A DNA stretch of 64,000 nucleotides, taken from Candidatus Falkowbacteria bacterium. GTDB lineage: Bacteria > Patescibacteriota > Patescibacteriia > UBA11705 > JACRDX01. The notes beneath the pieces were generated by a model. That model was not told the origin of the DNA, did no database searches, and saw only the letters and a list, made by a program, of their open reading frames with translations. Numbering within the stretch: the stretch's first letter is position 1; each line of letters opens with the position of its first letter. The stretch covers positions 22,500-86,499 of the forward strand of contig JAZDOE010000002.1 of the NCBI GenBank assembly GCA_043798985.1, given 5' to 3'. The position numbers and the translations under genes are program-made. Shown here piece after piece: positions 37,918 through 47,418 of this stretch.

Positions 37918-38979
37918 TTAACGCGACAATGCCAGCTCAATCAATTTTGTAATTAAATTTTGATATTTCAACCCGCTTGCTTCCCACATTTTAGGATACA
38001 TTGAAATTTGGGTAAATCCCGGGATAGTATTGATTTCATTCAAAAAAATGTTGCCCTGCGGATCAACTAAAAAATCTACGCGCGCGAAACCATGGCAACA
38101 AACCAAATCATAGGTTTCGCGCGCCAATTTCTGAATTCTCAAAATTACTTCTTCTGAAAGATCTGCCGGAGCAACCGTTTTTGATTTATCGCTTTTATAC
38201 TTGTCATCATAATCATAAAATTCCGCTCCCGGAATAATTTCGCCGGGCAATGAAACCCGCGTATCATCATATTTGTTTCCCAAAACAGAAACTTCAATTT
38301 CCCTCGCGCCCTCAATAGATTCTTCAATGATAATTCTATTATCAAAGGTTCTAGCATGCTCAACCGCAGCACCCAATTGTCTGGCGTCTTTAACCTTAAC
38401 AATACCGACTGATGAACCCAAATTACATGGCTTCACAAAAATAGGAAAACAAAAAGCGTTTTTGACGTTTGATAATTGTTCATTTATAACCTCCGCAGAC
38501 ATTTTATTAAAATCCAAAATTTCAAATTTAGTTTGCGGAATATTCTTTGCCCTTAGCAACGACTTGAAAATTCCCTTGTCCAAACAAACTGCTGACGCCA
38601 AAATATCTGCCCCAACAAATTTTTTATTGACCGAACGAATCAATCCCTGAATTTCGCCATCCTCGCCGCCAGCGCCATGCAATATCGGAAAAAACACATC
38701 CACATTCTTGCCATCAACAAAAAAATCAAATTGTTTCGCTCCCACTTGCTCCACGGTTACAGCATCAACAACTCCTTGCGAAATTTGCTTTAGAAAATTT
38801 TCCGCTGTCCAAAAATTTCCATGTTTATCTATCCCAATTTCAACGACGGCAAACTTTTTACGATCAATATTGTCAATAATTCCTTTTGCCGACATTATTG
38901 AAACCTCATGTTCCGGCGACTTTCCGCCGAAAATCAAACCAACAATTATTTTTTTACTTTTTGGTCCCATAAAGTTCAT
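37918..38979 (-). CDS. ddl: D-alanine--D-alanine ligase
   Basis: ATP-grasp Ddl pattern from MNFMGPKSKKIIVGLIFGGKSPEHEVS; first 78 aa of track ORF judged spurious (overlap real upstream gene). Confidence 0.85.
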   Translation of the reverse strand: MNFMGPKSKKIIVGLIFGGKSPEHEVSIMSAKGIIDNIDRKKFAVVEIGIDKHGNFWTAENFLKQISQGVVDAVTVEQVGAKQFDFFVDGKNVDVFFPILHGAGGEDGEIQGLIRSVNKKFVGADILASAVCLDKGIFKSLLRAKNIPQTKFEILDFNKMSAEVINEQLSNVKNAFCFPIFVKPCNLGSSVGIVKVKDARQLGAAVEHARTFDNRIIIEESIEGAREIEVSVLGNKYDDTRVSLPGEIIPGAEFYDYDDKYKSDKSKTVAPADLSEEVILRIQKLARETYDLVCCHGFARVDFLVDPQGNIFLNEINTIPGFTQISMYPKMWEASGLKYQNLITKLIELALSR

Positions 38980-39298
38980 AAAATTCCTCTTTTTGGTTTG
39001 CCAGCAAACGCTTACGTTCTTCCTCGTCCTTACAATCAAACAAACGGCATCTGGTATTCTTACAAATATCTGGTCTATTTTCATAATCTTTACATTTACC
39101 ACGTTGCTCGTCAAATTCCTTGCAAGAATAAAAATCCAACTTGTATCCGTCCGGGCAACTTTCACGCGCATATCGTCCCATGTGTGTAAATTTTTCTTTT
39201 GCTTTTTTATCAAGCTGCGTAAATGCCGGCACTTTTACAGGATTACAACAAAAACTACCGCACTTATTTTCAAAACAAGGATTTTCTTTTTTATTCAT
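38954..39298 (-). CDS. YkgJ/UPF0153-like Cys-rich metal-binding protein
   Basis: CFENKCGSFCCNP motif (CxxCxxCC). Confidence 0.45.
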   Translation of the reverse strand: MNKKENPCFENKCGSFCCNPVKVPAFTQLDKKAKEKFTHMGRYARESCPDGYKLDFYSCKEFDEQRGKCKDYENRPDICKNTRCRLFDCKDEEERKRLLANQKEEFYELYGTKK

Positions 39299-39302
39299 AA
39301 TC

Positions 39303-40496
39303 TTACTCTTTCCTTTCCTCCAACGTCACCTTGATTATTTTCGTCTCGCCATTTCGCAAAACTTTCAATATGACGACATCATTCGGAGCATATTTAGAAA
39401 TTTCTGTTGCCAAAGTTTTTTCATTCAGTTTAACACCATTGATTTCCAAAATTATGTCATCAACTTTCAGACCGGCTTTGGCCGCCGGACTATTTGGAAC
39501 GATTGCTTGCTCACCTGCTGTTTGTCCGGCGGCAATCAATGCTCCGTAATTCACCGGCAGTTTATTCGCGTCCGCGATTTTTTGATTCAAAACAACATAG
39601 CGAACGCCCAGCCACGGTCGAACAATCCTGCCATATTTTTTCACGCTGTCCAATGCTTTTTTGGCAACATTTATCGGAATGGCAAAACCAACTGACTCGC
39701 CCGAAAGATTCACCGCAGTATTAATGCCAATCGCCTTCCCACCCAAATCCAGCAATGGCCCACCGGAATTGCCCGGGTTTATCGCGGCGTCAGTCTGAAT
39801 CGCCTCATCAATCGTTGAAAAGGTGTTAGCCGCATAATCGCTGGCAGTCACCTTGCGATTTATTCCAGAAATCACGCCCTTTGTCACTGTGTTTTTGTAT
39901 TCAGCCAAACTAAAACCAATAGCAATCGCAGTCTGGCCGATTTGAATTTTGTCAGAATTGCCAAGATCAAGTACTGCCAAATTTTTTGCTTCAATTTTAA
40001 GAATGGCAATATCATTTGCCGGATCTTTACCAAAAATTTTCGCTTTAAACTCGCGGCCGTCATTCAAACTTACCGTGTATTCAGCCGCGTCGTCAAAAAC
40101 AACGTGTTTGTTAGTTAAAATCAATCCGTCAGGCGACACAATAAAACCAGAACCATTGCCGATTGTCTGCTTGATTTTACTAAATCCATCAAGCGGACCG
40201 GTCAAATTATAATATTGGTCAAGCTCTTTTGTGATGACAATGCTGACAACTGCTGGACTGGCTTTTTTCACAACATCAATTGTGTTTGATTCTTCTTCAA
40301 CTTTTACAACTTTCGGAGAAGTTGAATCAGAGGCGGGCGCGTTTGGCGTCGCGTCTCCCAAAAATGATTTGCCCCAATTTTTTTTTTGCATTTTGGTCAA
40401 AAGAAAAAAAGAACCCATTGCGCCGCCAAACGCGCCCGCGACAAAGCTGGTAATAATTACCGCGCACAAAATTGTTTTAAATTGCCCCTTTGACAT
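39303..40496 (-). CDS. htrA: HtrA/DegP-family serine protease with PDZ domain
   Basis: GNSGGPLL, catalytic His/Asp context, C-terminal PDZ. Confidence 0.85.
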   Translation of the reverse strand: MSKGQFKTILCAVIITSFVAGAFGGAMGSFFLLTKMQKKNWGKSFLGDATPNAPASDSTSPKVVKVEEESNTIDVVKKASPAVVSIVITKELDQYYNLTGPLDGFSKIKQTIGNGSGFIVSPDGLILTNKHVVFDDAAEYTVSLNDGREFKAKIFGKDPANDIAILKIEAKNLAVLDLGNSDKIQIGQTAIAIGFSLAEYKNTVTKGVISGINRKVTASDYAANTFSTIDEAIQTDAAINPGNSGGPLLDLGGKAIGINTAVNLSGESVGFAIPINVAKKALDSVKKYGRIVRPWLGVRYVVLNQKIADANKLPVNYGALIAAGQTAGEQAIVPNSPAAKAGLKVDDIILEINGVKLNEKTLATEISKYAPNDVVILKVLRNGETKIIKVTLEERKE

Positions 40497-40500
40497 ATAA

Positions 40501-40773
40501 TTATTTTCCTAACATATTCAACAAACCGCTCGGCATTGCGCCGGATTTTACGCCGCCGATCAAACCAGAATACTGCCCCAGCGCATTTTTAATCATCGGC
40601 GGCAAATAAATAAGCGCCAATGCGAGAGGAATTACCACTATCAGAATTTTTATAACACCCGCGACTTTTTGCCAAAATAAATAATTTTTTATTTTGCGCA
40701 CATCAACTTCCAAATCATGCAAAAGCTCCAAATTCTGCTTCATTAAATTTTTCAATTGTTCTAAGTCCTCCAT
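40501..40773 (-). CDS. small hypothetical membrane protein
   Basis: one TM helix. Confidence 0.4.
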   Translation of the reverse strand: MEDLEQLKNLMKQNLELLHDLEVDVRKIKNYLFWQKVAGVIKILIVVIPLALALIYLPPMIKNALGQYSGLIGGVKSGAMPSGLLNMLGK

Positions 40774-40822
40774 ATAATTGTGAAATTATCAATTACCAAT
40801 TTCTAATTTTCAATTTTTGTAG

Positions 40823-41515
40823 TTATCTGATCCCACATGTTTTAAACCACCCCTTAATCTGCGCCTTAATATCATTTAACTCTTTTAACGTTAATCGCGG
40901 CGTGTTCAACAACGAAGGGTCAATAATTCTATCAGTCGGTTTAAACCGCTGAATAAAAAATTTATTCGCGCCTTTCACCTGTTTGGCCATTTCAACAATA
41001 TCATTTGAACTGTGCAGTTCTGATAAAACGGTCGCGCGAAATTCATGTTCAACGCCACTATTTAATATTATTATAGCACTTTTTTTAACCGCAGACATAT
41101 CAACCGTTGCGCCAATGATCTTTGAATATTTTTGCCACGGCGCCTTTATATCCATTGCAAAATAATCAACCGCTTTTTCAGCCAGCAACTGTTCAAGTAC
41201 ACCCGGATTTGTTCCGTTTGTGTCCAACTTGACCAACAAACCGCGCTCTTTTATTTTTTTTATAAATTTCAACAAATCTTTTTGCAAAGTTGGCTCGCCG
41301 CCGGTAATGCAAACCGCATCAATCAAATGCTGACGCGCTTTGATCAAATCCCAAATGTCGCTTTCACTGATTGTTTTAACGTATTGCGCTGGAATAACTA
41401 ACTCTGGATTATAACAAAAACGGCAACGAAATCCGCATCCCTTGGTAAAAATAGTCATTGCCACTTTTCCAGGATAATCCAGCAATGTAAGCGGTTGTAC
41501 GCCACCAATCAACAT
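40823..41515 (-). CDS. nrdG: anaerobic ribonucleoside-triphosphate reductase activating protein (radical SAM)
   Basis: CGFRCRFCYN motif, size, position downstream of nrdD. Confidence 0.85.
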   Translation of the reverse strand: MLIGGVQPLTLLDYPGKVAMTIFTKGCGFRCRFCYNPELVIPAQYVKTISESDIWDLIKARQHLIDAVCITGGEPTLQKDLLKFIKKIKERGLLVKLDTNGTNPGVLEQLLAEKAVDYFAMDIKAPWQKYSKIIGATVDMSAVKKSAIIILNSGVEHEFRATVLSELHSSNDIVEMAKQVKGANKFFIQRFKPTDRIIDPSLLNTPRLTLKELNDIKAQIKGWFKTCGIR

Positions 41516-41645
41516 AAAATAAAAAACACGAAATCCGAAGCACTAAATCCTAAACAAATTCGAAATCTGAATGTTTCAAAATTGGAAAATTCAAGTTTCG
41601 TGCTTGTTTCGTATTTCGATATTCTAATTTCGTGCTTTCTTTTTG
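41516..41645. repeat. AT-rich palindromic repeat (CACGAAATCCGAAGCAC ... GTGCTTGTTTCGTATTTCG arms, AATGTTTCAAAATTGG core)
   Basis: family member, see 11119-11266. Confidence 0.65.
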
Positions 41646-41846
41646 TTATTGTAAAAGCGCATCACTTTTATGCATTACCTGATCATATGTCCTGCGATCT
41701 CCAAACTCCGAGCGCTTTCCCTCATTCCACCGGTTCACTGGACTCAAATATCCCACAACTCGAGAATAAATCTCGCATTTTTGTCTTGGTTTTTGTATTG
41801 GTGTCATAACTGCTACGGCTAACATATTTGTTTTTATATTATACAA
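41646..41846 (-). CDS. small ORF carrying the NrdD-type glycyl-radical motif (SRVVGYLSPVNRWNEGKRSEFGDRR), separated from the nrdD frame
   Basis: matches C-terminus of E. coli NrdD (RRVCGYLGSPDARPFNAGKQEEVKRR); track start is TTG, first ATG at 41825; different frame from nrdD with stops between. Confidence 0.5.
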   Translation of the reverse strand: MYNIKTNMLAVAVMTPIQKPRQKCEIYSRVVGYLSPVNRWNEGKRSEFGDRRTYDQVMHKSDALLQ

Positions 41847-41875
41847 CTAAACTAACAATCAACCAAGTGTCTAAA

Positions 41876-44800
41876 TTAACCATTTTTCGGAGCTTGCGCT
41901 GTGTTATCCACAGCATTGGAATTTGGGACTTGCCCGCCTGCTCGCCTCGCCCGCCTTGACTCGGCGAGGCAGGCTGACGCTTCGTCGAAGCGGGCCGACG
42001 AGGCAGGGTCATTAAGTTTCAACGCTTCCCGCCCTTGATCAACATACCCAGACTGCTCGTCGCACAAAGGGCAATATTCTTGCTCACCGGATAAATAGCC
42101 GTGAATCGGACAAATGCTGAATGTCGGCGTAATTGTAAAATATGGCAACCGAAAATTGTTGGCAATTTTCTTAACAAGTTCTTTCGTGGCTTCTGGCGAA
42201 GGCATTTTTTCGCCGAGAAAGCCGTGGAACACGGTGCCGCCAGTGTAGCGAATCTGCAAATCATCCTGCAATCGCAAGGCCGTGAAAATATCGTCAGTAT
42301 AGCCAACGGGCAAATGCGTGGAATTTGTATAATATGGAGCGGCATTGCGCGCGCGGCAGGCAACTTCATTGGCGACAATAATATCGGGAAATTTCTTTTT
42401 ATCAATTTTGGCAAAACGGTATGACGCGCCTTCTGCCGGAGTCGCTTCCAAATTGTACAAATGGTTGGTCGCGTTTTGGTAATCCATAATCCGTTCTCTC
42501 ATAAAATCCAAAACCTGCCGCGCGAATTTATGGCCTTCAACTGTCGTAATATCTTGCCCCAACAAATTCAACGCTGATTCATTAACACCATTCAAACCGA
42601 TTGTATTAAAATGATTTTGCCAATATCCGCCAAACCGTTCTTTTATTAAGCCAAGAAAATGCTTTGAATATGGATAAAGTCCGCCGTCCGTGAGATTTTC
42701 TAGAACGGTTCGCTTAACTTCCAAACTTTCTTTTGCCAAATCCATCAATTTTCCAAGCTTGTCAAAAAATTCTTCTTTGCTATTAGACAAATATCCCAAA
42801 CGCGACATGTGGATCGTCACCACGCCAATACTGCCAGTTAGCGGGTTAGCGCCAAATAAACCGCCCCCGCGCTTGCGCAATTCTCTATTGTCCAAACGCA
42901 AACGGCAACACATGCTCCGCGCGTCCTCTGGCTTCATATCGGAAAATATGAAATTCGCAAAATATGGAATGCCGTACTTTGATGTCATTTCCATGATTTT
43001 TTGAATAATCGGCGCGTCCCAATTCCAGTCTTTTGTCACATTATACGTTGGAATGGGCCAGCTCAAAACCCTGCCTTTTCTATCACCCTCTGTCATCACC
43101 TCAATAAATGCCTGATTAAACATGTCCATTTCTTTTTGGAACTCGCCGTAGGTTTCTTTTTGCGGCTGACCTCCGATTATTATTGACTCTTTCGCCAAAA
43201 TTCCGGCTGGAAACAAATCAAATGTCACGTTTGTAAATGGCGTGTTGCCTGTTATAAATATTTTGCCATTGCGCCGCGCAATAACGGTTTCATTATCCGT
43301 ATTTGGACACCAAATAATCCCCTCATAATCAACTTTTGTCACCTTATTAATATATGTATCTACATGCTTAATCAACCTAATAATATACCGATCTTTTTTA
43401 GACAATTTGTTGTCTGGCTTTCGCGTCAGCACAGTGGCGCCATATCCGGCATTTACCGCCACCTGCAAAAGTCCATCTGCGATCTTTTTTGATGTCGTCG
43501 TAATTTTGCATCCATCGTGACCATCTCCTTTTATATACGTCTCTAAAAACAATCTGGACGTTTCAACGTCAGCTTGCAAAATACTCTGTGGAATCAATTT
43601 AATACCCTGCTGCTTATCGGACTTAAAATAATTCAATATTTTTCTGGTGCTAAACGCGTCAAAACGCAAAACATTACAATCCTGACCCAATCCGCACTGC
43701 ATTCTTTCTGTATATTTCAATCCCAAATTATCGCAAATTGAAACTATCTCATCATAATTGTCAGCAGACACTGCACGCGATTGATAAATGCTTATGCGGC
43801 CAGTACCCCGTTCGCCCTTATCTATGGTTCCTTCTGCCACTATCCACGCAATCAACTTTACAATTTCTTCATTCAACGAACCATTGCCACGCGTATTTCC
43901 ATCGCTACCGACTGGCACGATAAATGGCGATTTCAATGCTATAACATCTTCTATTTTTTCCAAAACATATTCACTGCCATTGAACTTTTTCCGCACGACA
44001 CGATGTTCTGGCGAAATAAGCTGGTCGCTAATTCTGTTTTTCAAATTATACATTTTACCGGAATATTTTCGCGCAAAAACTTTATTAACCGGCAGATACT
44101 CAATATACCCCCCTTCAACATTAAACGTTGCAATTATATCGCCACTTTTTATTTGATTATATTGAGCCCAGCCATTTTTACCCAAAATTTCCGTGTCCTC
44201 TGACATGCATTGAAACCCTACTCGCGTAGGCACGTTCATATTAAACAAAAAAATCTGCATCTGTTGTTTAACCTGATCCTGCGTCAGACTGTCGTATCTG
44301 ATAAATGGCGCCAAATACGTGTCCAAACTGGAAACCGCTTGCGCGCCAGCTGAATTTCCACACCAGCAAGCCCGACCCTTTCTTCTTACATATAAAGTAT
44401 GATTTGGCACTTCCAAACAATAAACCGTTCCATAATAATGCACCTTTTTTATATTTTGTTCTTTGCTCCTGAATTTAAAATGTCTTGACCGAGAAACGCA
44501 AACTTTATACCATTTAAAATTCTTTTTGTGTTTTTCGTAAATATTAGCGCTAAATCCTAATTTTAATATTATCTCCTGAACATCGTCTGCCAATTTTTTG
44601 CTTTTTGTATAATATTCAATATTACCACCACCAATATACCCATCACCAGCCATCATCCAGTGCAATAAAATATCCAATTCTGCTTTTGCCAAGTTCTTAA
44701 TTTCTTTAGGAATAAACTTACTGTCCGCTTTTCCAAACTGTTTCAGATATAAAAATAATTGCTTATTGCCAATATAAAATTCCAGTTTTTTATTATTAAC

Positions 44801-46099
44801 TTTTTTATTATATTTAAATGGAAGTTTTCTCAAAATTTGTTCAAATTCATCGGCAATTTTTCCTTGATTTTGACTGATGCGCACTAAATACTCATAATAT
44901 GCTTTCTTGCGACCTTTTCTTTTTCTTTCCCGCAAAGAAACACAACCTTCTGCTATCCAAAAACCAAAAAATGCCAACCAATCTTTCATCATTATTTTTT
45001 TCGCTAAGCATTTTTTAATTACATATTTTTTACCATAATGCTGGTACTGCCTAATGTCTATTTCCGGCAAAATAAATTCTTTTTTTGATACGCCGTTCCA
45101 TGCTCCATTCTTAGGAATAAAATGCTCACTAGGATTAAACGCCGCTGCTTTGACAAACTTTCGACGATATGGTCCGCCCTTACAGTTCGGGCAATATTGG
45201 TCAACAACCATGTTATGATTTGGAGTGACTAAAATATCTATTTTTTTGGATTTAAAATTATATAATTCTCCGTTGTAAATATATTTGTAAAACTTAATCG
45301 GCTTTTTCAATTCAATTCTATTCGTTTGATTATTTAGTGTAAAAACTTTATTTTGCTTATCTACTTCATAAAAATATTTCCACCCTGAATCAGTTAAAAC
45401 TTCGGTATCCTCTGAATAACATTCTCCCTGCAAAGTATAAAAAAAATTCACCAGCTGTCCCAATGCCGTGGCAAAATGTTTCGGCGGCTTGCTTTCCACC
45501 TTGCCGGAAATTCCGCCAAAGCCGCGCGAAATTAAGTCGTGCAAATCCCAGCCGCAACAATAGGTAGATAAAATTTGTAAATCATGAATGTGAAAATCAC
45601 CATTCACGTGCGCGTCTTTTACTTTTGGCGGATAAATTTTATTCAGCCAATAGTTCGCGCTAATAGTTGAAGAAACGTAATTATTCAAACCTTGCAACGA
45701 AAAATCCATGTTGCTATTTTCTTTGACGCGCCAATCCAGCTTTTGCAAATATCCTTCAATCAGATCATTTGGATCAATCAAATTACTCATTTCACGAATT
45801 TTCGCGTGCTGATCGCGATAAATCACGTACGCTTTGACGGTTTTACGAAGTTTATTATCAATTAAAACATCCTCAACAATATCCTGAATTTCTTCAATCG
45901 CGGGAATTGTCCTTTCGTGAAATTTTTTGTTAAGCCGCTCAACAACTTCATCGGATGCTTTTTCAGCCTGCTCTTTTGCGCCTTCTTCCGCGGCTTGCAT
46001 TGCTTTAAAAATCGCAGTCGTGATTTTATTTTGGTCAAAATCAACAATCCTGCCATCGCGCTTGCAAATCTGAATAATCTTATTGCCAGAATAAGACAT
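41876..46099 (-). CDS. nrdD: anaerobic ribonucleoside-triphosphate reductase (class III) with ATP-cone and two inteins; C-terminus altered by repeat insertion
   Basis: ATP-cone N-terminus, HIHDL motif, PYFTITP...CPIH...CPLC Zn ribbon; extein about 729 aa. Confidence 0.9.
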   Translation of the reverse strand: MSYSGNKIIQICKRDGRIVDFDQNKITTAIFKAMQAAEEGAKEQAEKASDEVVERLNKKFHERTIPAIEEIQDIVEDVLIDNKLRKTVKAYVIYRDQHAKIREMSNLIDPNDLIEGYLQKLDWRVKENSNMDFSLQGLNNYVSSTISANYWLNKIYPPKVKDAHVNGDFHIHDLQILSTYCCGWDLHDLISRGFGGISGKVESKPPKHFATALGQLVNFFYTLQGECYSEDTEVLTDSGWKYFYEVDKQNKVFTLNNQTNRIELKKPIKFYKYIYNGELYNFKSKKIDILVTPNHNMVVDQYCPNCKGGPYRRKFVKAAAFNPSEHFIPKNGAWNGVSKKEFILPEIDIRQYQHYGKKYVIKKCLAKKIMMKDWLAFFGFWIAEGCVSLRERKRKGRKKAYYEYLVRISQNQGKIADEFEQILRKLPFKYNKKVNNKKLEFYIGNKQLFLYLKQFGKADSKFIPKEIKNLAKAELDILLHWMMAGDGYIGGGNIEYYTKSKKLADDVQEIILKLGFSANIYEKHKKNFKWYKVCVSRSRHFKFRSKEQNIKKVHYYGTVYCLEVPNHTLYVRRKGRACWCGNSAGAQAVSSLDTYLAPFIRYDSLTQDQVKQQMQIFLFNMNVPTRVGFQCMSEDTEILGKNGWAQYNQIKSGDIIATFNVEGGYIEYLPVNKVFARKYSGKMYNLKNRISDQLISPEHRVVRKKFNGSEYVLEKIEDVIALKSPFIVPVGSDGNTRGNGSLNEEIVKLIAWIVAEGTIDKGERGTGRISIYQSRAVSADNYDEIVSICDNLGLKYTERMQCGLGQDCNVLRFDAFSTRKILNYFKSDKQQGIKLIPQSILQADVETSRLFLETYIKGDGHDGCKITTTSKKIADGLLQVAVNAGYGATVLTRKPDNKLSKKDRYIIRLIKHVDTYINKVTKVDYEGIIWCPNTDNETVIARRNGKIFITGNTPFTNVTFDLFPAGILAKESIIIGGQPQKETYGEFQKEMDMFNQAFIEVMTEGDRKGRVLSWPIPTYNVTKDWNWDAPIIQKIMEMTSKYGIPYFANFIFSDMKPEDARSMCCRLRLDNRELRKRGGGLFGANPLTGSIGVVTIHMSRLGYLSNSKEEFFDKLGKLMDLAKESLEVKRTVLENLTDGGLYPYSKHFLGLIKERFGGYWQNHFNTIGLNGVNESALNLLGQDITTVEGHKFARQVLDFMRERIMDYQNATNHLYNLEATPAEGASYRFAKIDKKKFPDIIVANEVACRARNAAPYYTNSTHLPVGYTDDIFTALRLQDDLQIRYTGGTVFHGFLGEKMPSPEATKELVKKIANNFRLPYFTITPTFSICPIHGYLSGEQEYCPLCDEQSGYVDQGREALKLNDPASSARFDEASACLAESRRARRAGGQVPNSNAVDNTAQAPKNG
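41929..42007. repeat. GC-rich repeat module inside nrdD 3' end (opposite orientation to prfB copy)
   Basis: exact 38-nt match with prfB copy. Confidence 0.8.
43244..44209 (-). mobile_element. intein 2 in nrdD (322 aa) with LAGLIDADG homing endonuclease motifs
   Basis: starts CMSEDTEILGKNG after extein VGFQ, ends KIFITGN before Thr; LIAWIVAEGT and FLETYIKGDGH motifs; flanking extein aligns with NrdD (GQTPFVTFGF region). Confidence 0.75.
44354..45421 (-). mobile_element. intein 1 in nrdD (356 aa) with LAGLIDADG homing endonuclease motifs
   Basis: starts CYSEDTEVLTDSG after extein TLQGE, block F VYCLEVPNHTLYV, ends ACWCGN before Ser; FFGFWIAEGC and LLHWMMAGDGYIG motifs. Confidence 0.75.
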
Positions 46100-46135
46100 A
46101 AATAAAAAATCAAAATTAAAAATTCCGAAGGACCG

Positions 46136-47335
46136 TCACATCATCTTTTTACGGATGAACGCCGGAATTTCAAAATCGTCATTATCGTCATCTGTTTCTT
46201 TTACTTTTTCTCGCGCAGACTCTTTTGTTTTTTCGCGAGTCAAGGTTGATGCCTCTTCTTTATTGTCAAAATTCGGAGTTGAACCGGCGGTGAACAAATG
46301 ACTTGGCTTTGATTCAGTTTTTTTGACCTGCTGACCAAAGTACGTCACAGATGACGCTTGCGGCAAGCGCATTAAATTATCTTTTTTCTCAAAACCGGTC
46401 GCGACAACGGTCACCTTCAAAGTATCTTTGATTTTTTCATCCACAACAGCGCCGAAAATAATACGCGCGTCAGAATCAACTTTTTCGGTGATTATTTTTG
46501 CAACATCATTAACCTCGTGCATGGACAAATTTGAACCTGAAATAACCGTAAACAAGACGCCTTTCGCGCCCTCAATGGATGTTTCAAGCAATGGGCTGGA
46601 AATCGCGGCTTTTGCCGCCTCAATGGCGCGGTTGTCGCCAGTTGCCTCGCCAACGCCCATAAGCGCAGAGCCAGCATTAAACATAATTGTTTTCACATCC
46701 GCGAAATCAACATTAATCAAGCCGGGCAAAGTAATCAGCTCTGAAATCCCTTGCACACCTTGCCGCAAAACCTCATCAACCATGGCAAACGCCTCAACGA
46801 TCGGTGTTTTTTTATCAATAATCTGCCAAATTTTATCGTTTGGAATAACAATCAATGTATCAACTTTATTTTCAATTTGCCGCAAAGCTTCGTCAGCGAT
46901 TTTTTTACGCGGCCCGCCTTCAAAAGCAAACGGCTTCGTCACGACGGCGATTGTCAATGCCCCAAGTTCCTTTGCCAATTCAGCGATCACCGGGGCCGCG
47001 CCAGATCCGGTCCCGCCTCCAAGCCCGCAAGTAATAAAAACCATGTCCGAACCTTTGAGCATTTCTCTAATTTCATTTTGCGATTCTTCAGCGGCTTTTC
47101 GACCCAAGTCAGGATTCATTCCCGCGCCAAGTCCGCGCGTTGTCGCTTTTCCGATGTGCAATTTATTACCCGCACAGCTTACTTGCAGTGCCTGCAAATC
47201 CGTGTTCACGGCAATGAATTCCACTCCCTGAACTTTTGACGCAATCATTCTGTTCACCGCTGACCCTCCGCTACCCCCTACTCCTATTACCTTGATTTTG
47301 GCTATTGTCTCAATTGGTGGTTTGACTTCTGGCAT
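46136..47335 (-). CDS. ftsZ: cell division protein FtsZ
   Basis: GGGTGSGAAPVIAE tubulin signature. Confidence 0.95.
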   Translation of the reverse strand: MPEVKPPIETIAKIKVIGVGGSGGSAVNRMIASKVQGVEFIAVNTDLQALQVSCAGNKLHIGKATTRGLGAGMNPDLGRKAAEESQNEIREMLKGSDMVFITCGLGGGTGSGAAPVIAELAKELGALTIAVVTKPFAFEGGPRKKIADEALRQIENKVDTLIVIPNDKIWQIIDKKTPIVEAFAMVDEVLRQGVQGISELITLPGLINVDFADVKTIMFNAGSALMGVGEATGDNRAIEAAKAAISSPLLETSIEGAKGVLFTVISGSNLSMHEVNDVAKIITEKVDSDARIIFGAVVDEKIKDTLKVTVVATGFEKKDNLMRLPQASSVTYFGQQVKKTESKPSHLFTAGSTPNFDNKEEASTLTREKTKESAREKVKETDDDNDDFEIPAFIRKKMM

Positions 47336-47418
47336 AAAATTTAAATTTTATTCAATTATCTTATCTCATTGTAAATAAAAAAGCAAAAATCCCCCTGATT
47401 TTTGTTTTTGTTTTTTGT

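Noticed and set aside
38980-39213. 78-aa N-terminal extension of the ddl ORF
   Set aside because: It overlaps the real YkgJ-like gene in another frame. Ddl homology begins at MNFMGPKSKK, which has an AAGAGGAA SD-like sequence upstream.
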